A stretch of DNA of 64,000 nt from Octopus vulgaris. Lineage: Eukaryota. Each line of letters starts with the position of its first letter. Within the stretch, counting starts at the first letter, position 1. The stretch covers positions 134,168,001-134,232,000 of the forward strand of contig OX597817.1 in assembly GCA_951406725.2 (NCBI GenBank). The letters are read 5' to 3'. This document shows, in pieces, positions 38,539 through 50,588 of the stretch. The notes under the pieces were generated by a model. That model made no database searches. It saw only the letters and a list, made by a program, of their open reading frames with translations, and had not been told where the DNA came from. The position numbers and the translations under genes were made by a program.

Positions 38539-38923
38539 CTAGCAGTATCGCCGGGCGTTGCTCGGGTTTGTAAGGGAAATAACTATATAAGCATTTTTAG
38601 AGATGTAAAGTATAATAGCCATCTCAATATGTCTAACCACAAAGTGGGGTGTTACTGTAGCTTTTTACGTTCTGAGATTTAATAATACATATTTAGAGAG
38701 TTACTTCCCTCATATAATAGCATTAAAAACGGGAAAAAATTATGGTAAATTTTTTTTTTAATCGTAGACTCATCGTAGACGCGCGCTAATACCCAGAAGG
38801 GCTCGATATGAATCACGACTATAAGATACCCGCTTTTGGTTACACTGCACCGCAAAATGTGGGAGTAGTTAGGAATCTAAATCGTAGGAGACAGACACAA
38901 AACTTCACTTTTATATATAAAGA
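38539..38923 (-). mobile_element. Non-autonomous Helitron
   Basis: Minus strand A|TC...subterminal GC hairpin CCCGAGCAACGCCCGG...CTAG|T, inserted in AT with no TSD; second copy at ~41860. Confidence 0.85.
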
Positions 38924-39239
38924 TGTAATGTTTGCCACATCCGGCAATCCTATGCTGTTGTTGCTTCTGTTTAACCCTAGGTCAGTCCTGATCCAGTAGT
39001 CTTATGTTCAAAAGCATTCTAATCATCATCATCCTTTCTGTAATACAGACTATGGTTTCGTCATTTCATGATTCTTTACAGGCAACTTTTTCTAGAAGGA
39101 AATGTAGTTTCCTCTTTCATTCTTCCGCTAAACTTTACTCTCTGAGAACAACGACATCGAGTATAAATGGCGCGCCTCCTCTGTGAATCAGAGGCGTCCT
39201 CTCTCCAGTTTGTTTTACTTATTCCTTTGCATCAACGCC

Positions 39240-40100
39240 AGCATATTCCAGGTTCCCATGGCTTTGTCTATGTCTTGATTTCAAGGCAAGCGAGTCCCTC
39301 TAAATGCAGTTATCCAAAACATGGGGTGAATTCGACTATGTTCAGAGCTCCTACTCTAGCCTGCATTCCAACACAGATTAAATAGATTGGATTCGAAGGC
39401 ATTTCTCATTTGTGGATGCTATGGTCAAAACTTTCTCCTTCCAAGAATTCCAAAATTGAACCGAATATCTACTATTTGCATGTTATGTCCGAATCAACAG
39501 CCCCACTATCACCAACCACATCACCACCACCTGTTCCTTGTAGCCAATCCCCGCAGGACTTAAGAAAAATTTCCCAGAATACTTTGGATATTGAGAGAGG
39601 CTTATAGAAGACTTGGTTTGACCTGTGTATGGGTCATCAGGTCATCATGTACACTAGTCTTGACACATTTAACTTGTATCCAATGGCAACATAATCCAAA
39701 TAGATTGAAATACACGGATCTACAGGGGCCCACTTTTGTGTTCCTAGTCCTTGAATGTCTTAATTTCAAATCTTCCTGGTTTTCTACATTTCGGAATATA
39801 GGAGATGGAGTACAATTAAGCAGGGACTTCACTTTGCTGTCGCAGGTGACCTTACTGGGAACACGAGGCTCTCGACTGCATCGACCTCAGGAAAGAAGGT
39901 TTTTCACCCCATCAAGGTATGGGTTTACGGACTTACGTTGTTCATGTGTCTTTTCCCAATTTCTGTTCCTAGGGTGTGATTTGAGCGAAATTTAGCATCT
40001 AATTTTAGCATGTGGGTCAAATGCGTTGTGGTCTTCCTTCGTTAGCTTGAAATAAGCCTGATTGGGCCTGATCTGATTGTTCTGTGACAAAAGACGAGCT
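39240..40100 (-). mobile_element. Very decayed LINE 5' region (APE endonuclease-like)
   Basis: Weak minus-strand similarity to APE motifs (NARVG); many stops. Confidence 0.3.
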
Positions 40101-41831
40101 AGCCGTGACTACCCCAAAGCTTTCTATGTCAAGAATAGCATTGTCCAATATTTCCTTTATGAAGACTTATTTTCAGCAAGTTTATCGATCCTGTAAAAGC
40201 ATCCTTACATCAGGCGTGGTGCAGATAGACAACCACACTAGTCTGTCAGAATTCTCTCTCTTTCTCCCCCCTCTCTCTCTCACACTTATTTTCGTCGGAG
40301 AGAGAAAGAGTAAGAAATAGTGTGAGATATGAGGCGGTTGTGATAGGTAATGAAGAGAAAGCTTGGCAGTTTCAGTTGTCTATATCGATATACTTACTTA
40401 AGCTCTTTTATAAAGAGCTATGTAAATAAATATAACGAAATGACAAAATTCGAGCAGCCGTATTTTCTATACAAATGGCTGAAAAGAAAGCTTTTCCCAT
40501 TCGTACGTGTGTGTGTGTGTGTGTAAACGAAGGTCATAAGATGTTGTACTCGTTTGTCAGCGAAATAACTATAATCATAATAATTACAAGAAACAAACAC
40601 AATGGCAAAAGGAAAAACAAACAAAATAATAATTGTGTATAAAAAGAGTAAAAAAAAAATGTAATCATCAGAACGATATTTCAGTCCCACATTTCACTGC
40701 AGTGATTGATCAACATCGATAGGAAGGCAATAAACTAGTCTGTATGTCTTTGTCAGCATCTTCTTGTTATTGTTGTTCAGTTATTACTGTGCCAGAATTT
40801 TAATTCTTTTGTGTAGGTGTGTGTGTATGAGTAGGTGTGTAGCATCATTTGTTTAAATTGCCGGATTTAAAAAAAAATGTAAAAGAAGAGCTTCAGTTTC
40901 TTTAGTTCGCGGTTAATGTTTTTGGAGTTTTACGAATCGAGGACAGCATTTCGATCCCACTTGAAACCTATTGACGACAACGACCCGGATGGTGGCAATG
41001 GAGAATATAAATCCATCACGTAAAAATCAAGGATTTTATTAGTAGAGAGTCAAAAAGAAGGAGGACACAGATCCTTTACCTTAAAAAAAAAAACAGCTTA
41101 CATCTTCACATCTCTCAACTCCCAGCATGGAGTAAAACCCCCACAAAATCTCACACATTTAACCATCTTGCCTGTAGTAAATTCCATCATGAATGAAATC
41201 TGCATTGGGTTACTTTCACTTTTATTATTTTCTTTCTGTATTTGCAAAAAGTTAAAAAGAAAAAGGAACAAAATAACATAACAAAAACGAAGCATAATTG
41301 AGTGTAAAAAGTCAAACTGAATAAAATCTTAACTGTTAATTTGTTGATTATTGTGAAAGGCAAGTTGGGTGGCCGGACATTGTTAAATGTGGTACTTCAC
41401 GTCGTCAGTTGCTTGAAGAGCTGATAATAACTGCCTTAAGGCAACAAATGTAGCGGATTTTAGTTCCATTTATACTAAATATAAGTCTTTAGATTTTTCT
41501 AAATGGTAATGACATGAACTTGTCAAATACAGACTTGTATGGTTGAAAAGAATCTCAACTGTTGGCTTGAAATTGTTTTTGATTTGTTTCATTTTGGTTT
41601 AGTGCACTTATTCATGTATTTGTGGAGTTTAAAATGGAGGCGGCTGCGTGATGGTGGTGGAACCGTAATATATTGGGTCAGTAGAACACCAGGCAGGAAA
41701 TGTTTAATTCATTGAGAGATCAACGTGAGTGTATGTTGGACAAATTTCTCAACCATTAATAGGATCTGAAGTTTGCACAGCTCTGCTAATGTACAACTCG
41801 CTATCTCCTTGCAGTTAATACACAAACACGA

Positions 41832-41859
<28 letters not shown>

Positions 41860-41873
<14 letters not shown>

Positions 41874-42355
41874 CTCTAGTTGTGTGAGTGTCTGTCCCCT
41901 TCGATTTAGATTCCTAACTCCTCCCACATTTTGCGGTGCAGTTTAACCAAATTCGGGTATCTTATAGTCGTGATTCATATCGAGCCCGTCTGACTATTAG
42001 CGCGCGTCAACGATGAGTCTACGATTTTAAAAATAATTTAACATCATTTTTTATTCCATTTTAATGCATCGTATGTCGATGGCGGCGGAGTTGGCGTCCA
42101 CACTCACAGCTGCACCTGTTTGCTTCTCCCCCTTCCCTCCCTCGTGAAGCTGTGGGGAAGGGAGTGTAAAGAAATCAACGTCGTAATGCGTTGTGAAGGA
42201 AACCAGCGTTCTTTTAGAACAACGACTTCATGGCTTGAAGACACCAAAACAAAAATGGCTAAGAAAGCCCGAATTTATAAGGGAAGTAACTCTCTAAAAA
42301 TGCTTATATAGTTATTTCCCTTACAAACCCGAGCAACGCAGGGCGATACTGCTAG
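41860..42355 (+). mobile_element. Non-autonomous Helitron, same family as 38539 with different internal module
   Basis: Shares GATTTAGATTCCTAACT...GAGTCTACGATTT and the 3' end CCCGAGCAACGCAGGGCGATACTGCTAG|T. Confidence 0.85.
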
Positions 42356-42779
42356 TATATATATATATGGATATAGATATAGATATAGATAGATAGATAG
42401 ATATTCTGGCGACAAATCTGCTTCTTCATAAGAAAATTAGCAATAAAACAGTATGTCAATCAACAATACTTTGTGGCGTTTCTTACGCCCGAATTGTACA
42501 GACACGCATATTGTCGCTCACCATTGCAAATGCTGTTTCCTAGCGCTTGGTCCTTTGAAAATCTACGACTGACTCTTCCACATTTGATAGCATATCACCA
42601 TCATCGCTCTAACGTCTATGCTTGCATTGGTCGGACAGGGTTTGGAGACAGATTTTCTACGGTTGGACAACTTTCGTGTCACCAACACTTAACTGTTTCC
42701 AAGAAATCTTTTATCATTAGTTCCATGCGTTGGACTGATGCCAAGCTGCAGCAATGCCGTAAACGCGATAGTCTAACAT

Positions 42780-43030
42780 ATCGACTCCAGTTATTTTCAA
42801 GTCTGGTGCTAATTCTATCGTGTTTTGTGCCGAAACATTAGCTTAGGAGGATGGAAACAAACTAAAGCTAGTTATCAAGAATTGCTAGAAACGACAAACG
42901 CATACACGCATGACTAACGTCCACATAGCTTCCGTCAACGCGGGGCTATAGTAGTCCAAGGTGCTGCAAATGGTGACCGAGCTCAAAGCTACGTGGTTGT
43001 AAAGCGAGCTTCTTAATTATATAACCATTC
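42780..43030 (-). mobile_element. SINE family B, degenerate
   Basis: GGGCTATAGTAG..CCAAGGTGCTGC...GAGCTTCTTAA motifs. Confidence 0.55.
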
Positions 43031-43237
43031 CTCTGTCTGACACACAGCCTGTCAGCGTCAACTACAGACTTCGCCGTGGCCAGACATGTGTTCGCACAAT
43101 ATTAGACAAGAATTACCCCGCTTCTGAGACAGCGACATTCGTTTACAACTATCACGCGATGGCAAGATAACAGCACAAACACACAGTCATACAAGTTCAC
43201 ATTCACACACGCATATATATATATATATATATATATT

Positions 43238-43492
43238 GCAGACGAAGGCCTACTTTTCATCGACAACTCGTGATTGTTACACACTGATGAAGGGTCAATA
43301 TCCAGAAACTCGAGTCTGTGTGTATCATAGCTTGATGACCGGAAGGATGGCTTCCCTTTGTAAATACTGATTGGGCACAGAAAGTGTGTCAATAGCCAGC
43401 TGGAAGAGGTATCCTCCTGGGGCTACAAGCTACAGTAGCATCAACTCTTAGGGGTTAGCCACATTTAAGTGGCAAAAATACTTCACGATGTG
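43238..43492 (+). mobile_element. ~250-bp non-coding repeat with hammerhead ribozyme (PLE-terminal/retrozyme-like), copy 1
   Basis: Colinear with the reverse complement of 61149-61405; next to (TA)n. Confidence 0.75.
43278..43322 (+). ncRNA. Minimal type-I hammerhead ribozyme motif
   Basis: Stem I TACACA, CTGATGA (43284-43290), short stem II, GAAA, palindromic ACTCGAGT, GTC triplet (43314-43316), TGTGTG closing stem I. Confidence 0.75.
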
Positions 43493-43533
43493 TTGCAGCT
43501 ACTGTTTATACCTCGCTCAGAGATTTATTATTG

Positions 43534-43581
<48 letters not shown>

Positions 43582-43604
43582 AGCATATATACTAAAAACC
43601 ACAC

Positions 43605-43745
43605 AGGCGGCGGGCTTCTTTCATTTTCCGTCTACAAATTCCAGTCACACGTCTTTGGTCGATCCGAGGATATAGTATAAAGAATTTGTCCCAATTTCAG
43701 CGGAACTGAACCGGAAAGAATATGGTTAGGAAGCAAACTTCTTAA
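43605..43745 (-). mobile_element. SINE family B, 5' half
   Basis: CGGGCTTCTTTCATTTTCCGTCTAC...GGAAGCAAACTTCTTAA. Confidence 0.75.
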
Positions 43746-45939
43746 AGAAATAATATGCAGATTTTGATTCACTGTTTCACGCTACGAACTGGACCCTTGA
43801 GGGTGAAATATTTAGCAACAGACACAATAATACTGCAGTGATAATACACGAACCTTCGACACTTCGCCTTAGAAGGCCAGCACCTTATTGATTCGGCTGT
43901 GCTGAAGTTATTTTTATTTCTATGTATTTGTTCATAAAGCAAACGCCAGCATTTCTCCGTCTTAATAATCATTAAGCTGTAGCACTTCTTATTATAATAT
44001 GATGTTACTATGCTGACAGCTCAAAATTAATTATCATTTCCCCTCTGTCTGACCCTTAAAAAATCCACCCTTATTTGAAGATATGTTTAGATTGTGATCT
44101 CAGAACTGACCTCCAAGAAAATTATTTTTCTTTTATCATTTTATTGGCATTGAAAATCGAATAATGTTCTAAATCTTCATCACATTTGCAGAATCGATCT
44201 GATATAGTTCAGGAAGTGTTAATCATCAGAGAAATATACCAACGTCACATTTCTATAAAATCTTCAATCTACTTCGATATTGGTAAACATAGAGAACACC
44301 TTACGCACGCCTGCACACACACACGATTGCACAATAAAACATAAATGGACCAATGGTTTAAATTTAGATACATATGTTCAATTTTGAATAGAATACACAC
44401 ACAAAAAAAATAGTAAATTTAATTAAAGTTCACGGTTAGTTAGAGGAAGATATAATCCAAGCGGCAACGTTTAGAGGCAGGGAAAGAATCATAAAAAATT
44501 AATATCTCGAATTTAATTTACATTCCTAGGGAAATGTCAGATGCGTTTATATATGTATGAAGCGAGCAGAAAATTTTGAACATGTTTCTGTCTATTAAAC
44601 CTCATCAATATCATCCAGTTGCCTGCCTGATAGGTTCACAAAGATTTTCACCTTTTGAAAAGTAATTGCAAATGATTTTGACCAGTAAACCTTTTTAATT
44701 GTGCAAATTAGGGCAAATATCCCTAACTGTTTTTCTATATATAAAATTAGATAAATTAAGACGTGACATGTGAGGTATATATATGCGTTTAGTTCCCATA
44801 TTAATATAGTGTTTTGTCAGTAAAGTATTTTAAGGCTCCACAGTGATTTCCGAGTAGGGCAATCTGGAATCACTTTCTGTATTTTGATATAAAATAGATT
44901 TTTTTCCATGGAATTTACTTTATTTTCTGTCCTTTGTAACCGACTGTTGGCGATAGCAAAGTTTCACCAGGAGAGCAGTGTTCATTTACACCAGCTGAAG
45001 AAGCTCGTTGCTGTCCAGTTATGCCTATATCATGGAAGATTACCATAAGGTGAACATTGCCTCAAAAACTGAGTGGATATATGTCAAAGACTGTCTGGAA
45101 AATACAGATATCATTGTGTGCTGAGTGGATGGTGGAATGCAAATACAAATTTGTATCTAAGTGTATGTATGTGTCCGCTAGATTACGGCCATGCTAGCGC
45201 ACCATCTAGAAAAATTTAATGGCAGTTATTTCAGAGATAAACGAGTGATACTTCAACAGTTTTAAGTGCATGTGAGTTTGTGTATAAATGTGTGTAAAAT
45301 CGCTTGGTTTGTGTTTATTTTGACAGATTTCCTTGTTTACAAACATTCATCAATCGATCGATAAAACTACTACTACAACTACTGCTTACATTTAATTACA
45401 ATTAATCTAGCTCATAAACATATGTGTATTGTATAGATATATATATATTTGTGTAGATAGATAAATAGCTAGATATGCATACACACATATGCATATGTGT
45501 ATGAGTGTTGACGTTTATGTGTGCACAGTTTGGCACGTATGTGTATACCAATGAATACAAATATATATTTGTATATACACACGCATGTTTAGTAAGCTTA
45601 TGCATTTAAGTATATATATAGAAATTTGGATATGTATGTGTGCACGCATTATTTATAAATAGAATTGGTAAAGATAGAGACAAATGAGAATTGAGATAAA
45701 TATTATATATATATATACATATATATATATGTCTGTATGAGAGAGAGACAGACAGAAAGGGAGATAGAGAGCTGGGATTGAATGAAGAAGTAGATGATGT
45801 TAGTCTTCTGGGATTGATTTATTTTCCATTGATGTCCATTATTCAAATGTTAATGTGAAATCTGGCAATATTATTGTTGTTAGCGTTAAATCTATTTCTG
45901 TTGTTGAAGTTATCAACAATATATTTCGATCTTGTCAGA

Positions 45940-46260
45940 ATATTTCGTTAAAGAGTTCTGGTGAAGAACCTGCAGAAACAATTTGTTCTGCTAGAATCTC
46001 GGGTAGAATTTTAGCGAGTCCATTCTTGAAAATACATAAATAGATCTGGTTTCCTGGTTTTAGAGCTTCGTTTTTATTTAGAAGTTTTGACATATCTCCA
46101 ATTTAATCGATTTTCAAATTTGTTTGATGTTTAAAATTAATATATCCTCTGTAGTCGTTTCCCTTTCAGAGTAAGTTCCAGCTGCGGAAATTAAGTTTTC
46201 CATATCAGAATAGTCAGTTCTGGAGGTTGGCCTGTATTTCATGGATACTTGTTTTACAGG
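45940..46260 (-). mobile_element. Penelope-like GIY-YIG remnant
   Basis: Minus-strand ENLISA...ETTT...KQI...LAEQIVSAGSSPEL, decayed versions of PLE endonuclease motifs. Confidence 0.4.
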
Positions 46261-46399
46261 GTTTCTGACCTTTACCAGTGAGACATCTTGCGGTTTTTCT
46301 GCAGCCTCGGCTGAGAAGGGGTTGAGCAGATCCATGACACATATGCAAGTCGATGAACGATTAAATATGACCCACAAATTTCTTAATCCGGGTATACAC

Positions 46400-46650
46400 G
46401 AAGGCGAGTAGCTTAGTGGTCAGGGTGTTGCAGTCACAATTACAAGAACGTGGTTTCAAATCCAGGACGCGGCAGTTCATTGTGTTCTTGAGTAAAACCC
46501 TTCATTTCACGTTGCTCTTGTCCACTCACTTCTAAATGAGTGACCCTGCGGTGGACTAGCATCTCATCCAGGGAGAGTATTGTGTTTTCCGTCACTTATA
46601 CGTCATGGAAACTGAGCAACTATCCTTATGAATTCTAGGACTCAAGACAT
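46400..46650 (+). mobile_element. tRNA-derived SINE with family D head and a different tail
   Basis: TAGCTTAGTGG, GTTTCAAATCC, TTGTGTTCTTGAGTAAAACCCTTCATTTCACGTTGCTC, then ACCCTGCGGTGGACTAGCATCTCATCCAGGG. Confidence 0.75.
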
Positions 46651-47099
46651 TAAGGTCAAAGGGTTGATGATGATGATTATGTACAATTATGTCAGCGTTA
46701 TTGAATAAGTCTTACGACTTTTCATGACGGTTGAAGCTGAAGGAAGTTTAAAGGTGGAAAACCTGGCTACAATCTTCTGAAGTATGCATAAACAAACTGA
46801 AGAAGAGATGAAAGAAACCGTCCAGACATCATAATCAAGGACTTAAAAAGAAAATTATCTGCACAGTGATAGATATAACCATCCATTCTGAGTAACAATC
46901 ATAGACGGGAGCAACTTGCAAAAAAGACAAGCAACTCTGTAATTTGGTTGTTTTACCTTATTTAATTGTAGGATTTCGAAATTGTAATAAACAGATTAGA
47001 CATGAAGGCAAAAACAATACCAGTAATAACCTGGCATCAAGCTCAGCAACTCAGTTTAGTTGTAACAGCGTGAATTAATAGGTTTACATCAATTTATCA

Positions 47100-49720
47100 G
47101 AGAGCTTATGAAGAGGAAGATTCTGTATTTATGGTCGATTTATCAAATCCAACAACAACAAAAAAGTATTTTGTAGGAAAACCCAATAGAGTGTGCGAAA
47201 CCAACGAAGTATATTCGAGTGTCATTCGGTGCGCCTCGATTAACCTTGAACAACTGTGCAAAAATGGAAAGCACTGGAAGGTAGGCTGGTCAACTTGCTT
47301 GAAGAATGAAATTTTGGGAATTCTTTAAAATCTACCGAGTCATACAAAAATATTCAGTGCCATGCAAAAGTATATCAGACATGAAATGTGTTGTGCGATT
47401 CTCGCACATTATTTTCACGGAAAAAAATGTATTATAGGCGCAGGAGTGGCTGTGTGGTAAGTAGCTTGCTAACCAACCACATGGTTGCGGGTTCAGTCCC
47501 ACTGCGTGGCATCTTGGGCAAGTGTCTTCTGCTATAGCCTCGGGCCGACCAATGCCTTGTGAGTGGATTTGGTAGACGGAAACTGAAAGAAGCCCGTCGT
47601 ATATATGTATATTTATATATATATATGTGTGTGTGTTTGTGTGTCTGTGTTTGTCCCCCTAGCATTGCTTGACAACCGATGCTGGTGCATTTACGTCCCC
47701 GTCACTTAGCGGTTCGGCAAAAGAGACCGATAGAATAAGTACTGGGCTTACAAAGAATAAGTCCCGGGGTCGATTTGCTCGACTAAAGGCGGTGCTCCAG
47801 CATGGCCGCAGTCAAATGACTGAGACAAGTAAAAGAGAGAGAAAGAGTATTTCTCTGATCCTAGCATTTGATGGAATATATTGTCTGTCCTACGCGCCTA
47901 CGAGACTTTAAATAATGTGGAACTGAGTCAAACTTATTAAGAATACATATAAATCATTTCAATGTGTTGGAAGCTACTTTCTTTCTGTTCATTTTCTCGC
48001 ATTTCTGTTAATAACAGTTTCACTTTACTCCTTTGCCTTATGGCAGAGTGGACAAACAGAGCCATGAAATTCACTAAACCAAGAATTGGTTGAAAACGCA
48101 CCGATCACTCAAGAAATCGCTGCTTCCTGACGTCGAAGTGGTAAATATGCATTTGCTCTGATCAACTCGAACCTTCTATCATTGACCGTACTTGTGCAAC
48201 ACTGCCTGAATCCCATCCACACTCGGCCAGGGAGAGAGCGAGAGAGAGAGATGTAGGCAACAAGGCGGAACAAATGAAATCTATTGTAGGTACAAATTGT
48301 AATTTCAGAAGTAGAACAAAATAATAGAAAGCCAAATCCCACCAAGCAAAAACAACGCAACGGTTTAATCAGAGATCTCTCAAAGACCCAGTGCAAAACT
48401 TCGGAATCTAAGATCAAGCGATGGAACTGGTTACATGAAAATGTACAAACCACAAATCAGAGGAAGAGCAAGTTGATGTTTCTGCGAAAATATGGTTAGT
48501 ATCTTGCAAGGAATTGGAATTGATTGTAACTCAAACGAGTGGCACATTTTAGCATCCAGGACTCTCAAAGACACGCTGATCATTAAGGGGAAGAGAATCC
48601 GTCTCCTACTCTAGTATTCAACAGCACCAAGATCTTGCTGTATTCCTTAAGGTATGATGAGTATTCCTTAAGGTATGATGAGTATGACTAGGAATTTGTA
48701 GGAAATTTCAAAATTATTGTTGACGGGTCTCCGAGGCAGTTGTGCCAAGTTAGCCTTCTAGTTTTGCATTTCTGCCAGTATGATCTGTGCAATGCACTCT
48801 TACAGACAGCACAGGACGTAAAGGGATGAGCTGTTCGTGGGGAAGGAACAGCGGCAATTGGAAATCATTGGTGGACGCTTGGCTGCTCATAAAGATGGAT
48901 CGCGTAAGAAATAATTTATCACGGATCAGTATAAGTAGTCTACAGCTTTTAAGTAACCTCGAGATATCTTCTCTCTAGCATATATTTATAGTGCTAGAGG
49001 TAAAGTTCCTCGAGGGTATGGTATTCTCTTAAGAATTCACTCAGAAGAAGAATCCAATTTGCGAGAAACTTGTTACCGTGGTTCAAGGATACTTTGATAA
49101 TCACAAGGGGCAGCGCAATTATGGAAAGCTGAGTAAGAAACAACGGAAGAATTCCTACAATATGGGCTGAAGAATTTCCTTGGAATTTCACATCTTTGAC
49201 GTATATCTTGATAGAACTGAGAATATAGGATCGTACTATGACCGAAATAGCGATCAAGGAACATGATCCAGCAGGATAGAAGAGACTTGACGCGACTGCC
49301 CGGAAGCGTGGAACGAAAACCTGGCGGTAGACATGTTTGGCTGCCGATACGTTAAACCGATTTTACATTACAATCACATATTTTGGAAAAGTTACTCCGT
49401 TCATTACGTCTGCGTTCACTTCATATAGCTTCAGTATAAATATTTGTTCAATTTGACTCCTACTTTGTTTATATTTTCGCTGACCTTTTTTGATTGAAAA
49501 TATGCAAATTCCAGTGTTTTCTCACAGGAAATAGGTAAATTTAAAAATACCGGTTCGAAGAAAAAATAACCAATTTCTATACATTCTCAATACAAGTAAT
49601 TAGCAAATAACACGTACACTATGTAACACTATAGTGTAATTGCTGGTAGTAATTAAATTATTTATTCATTACTAAGGTAACGAGGAAATCCAAATTCAGC
49701 TTGGTTTTATTCATGTTTCC
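47100..49720 (+). mobile_element. Chapaev-like (CMC superfamily) DNA transposon, decayed transposase
   Basis: Ordered remnants FCIYGRFIK, AMKFTKPRI..TDH, NGLIRDL...KIKRWNWL, GIDCNSNEW, VVQGYFDNHK..NY, YNMG*RISLEFHIFDVYLD..ENIGSY...DQG, AWNEN, matching the recalled Chapaev3 motif order; termini not resolved. Confidence 0.75.
47437..47846 (+). mobile_element. SINE family B, near-consensus full-length copy inside the Chapaev-like element
   Basis: GGCGCAGGAGTGGCTGTGTGGTAAG...GGTTCAGTCCC...tail GACAAGTAAAAGAGAGAG; CpGs retained. Confidence 0.93.
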
Positions 49721-49749
49721 AGTTTTGTTTTATTATTCACTATTCTCAA

Positions 49750-50012
49750 CATGCTTAGTCTTGCACTGGGAAAGATACTCGATAGATATGCCATTTGCTG
49801 TCGTCGAGCCTTAGGTACTCGAGAGGTCTTCTCTTTAGCATATATTTATCGTGCTAAAGGTAAAGTTTCTGAAGGGCATGGTATTCTCTTCGGAATTCAA
49901 TCAGAAGGAGAAACCAATTTGAGAGAGGTTTGTTGCCATGGTTCAAGGATTCCTTGGTTATCATAAGGGGTGTCGCAATTATAGAGAGCTGAGTAGGAAC
50001 AACCGAAGAACT
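49750..50012 (+). mobile_element. Second Chapaev-like transposase fragment
   Basis: 49819-50010 is a diverged copy of 48958-49150 (AMVQGFLGYHKGCRNYREL). Confidence 0.75.
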
Positions 50013-50159
50013 GAGTGCGCGTGTGCCCCAAACATATCTTTATACAGACACTTATTGTGTGTGTGTGTGTGTATGTGTGTGTATTTGGAGGAAGTATTAA
50101 AATGACTCGAGTGTCGAGAGTTGCGCGAAGGTCTCGGTCCTAGAGTCACTTCTGTTAAG

Positions 50160-50588
50160 TTTTGGTTTCACAAGGTCAGCAATGTCGATGGAGGGAGTAA
50201 GTCGATGACAGTGACCCCTCTGTGATCAACAGGTACTTATTCCATCGATCCCGAAAGGTTGAAAGGCAAAGTCAACGGCGGTAGAATTTAAATTCAAAAG
50301 GTAAAAACAGACTTTTGTCTGTTTCGCCCAGTGGGCTAACGATTCTGCCAGCTCGCCACCTTCGTTCTGCTAAATAATAATAATCATAATAATAATAATT
50401 ATTATTATTATTTCTACTACAGGTACAAGGCCTGAAATTTTGGGAGGGGGAACAGTTGACTAGATCGACTTCAAAGGAGAAAAGGCAAAGTCGACCTCGG
50501 CGGAATTTTAACTCAGAGCGTAAAAACAGACGAAATACCGCTAAGCATTCCGCCCGGCGTGCTAACGTTTCTATCAGCTCACCGCTTT
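50160..50588 (-). mobile_element. Two tandem SINE family C copies with (TAA)n spacer
   Basis: Units ~50160-50362 and 50410-50588. Confidence 0.87.

Noticed and set aside
48994-49257. Minus-strand hydrophobic ORF with a nearby paralog
   Set aside because: Antisense shadow of the Chapaev-like transposase.
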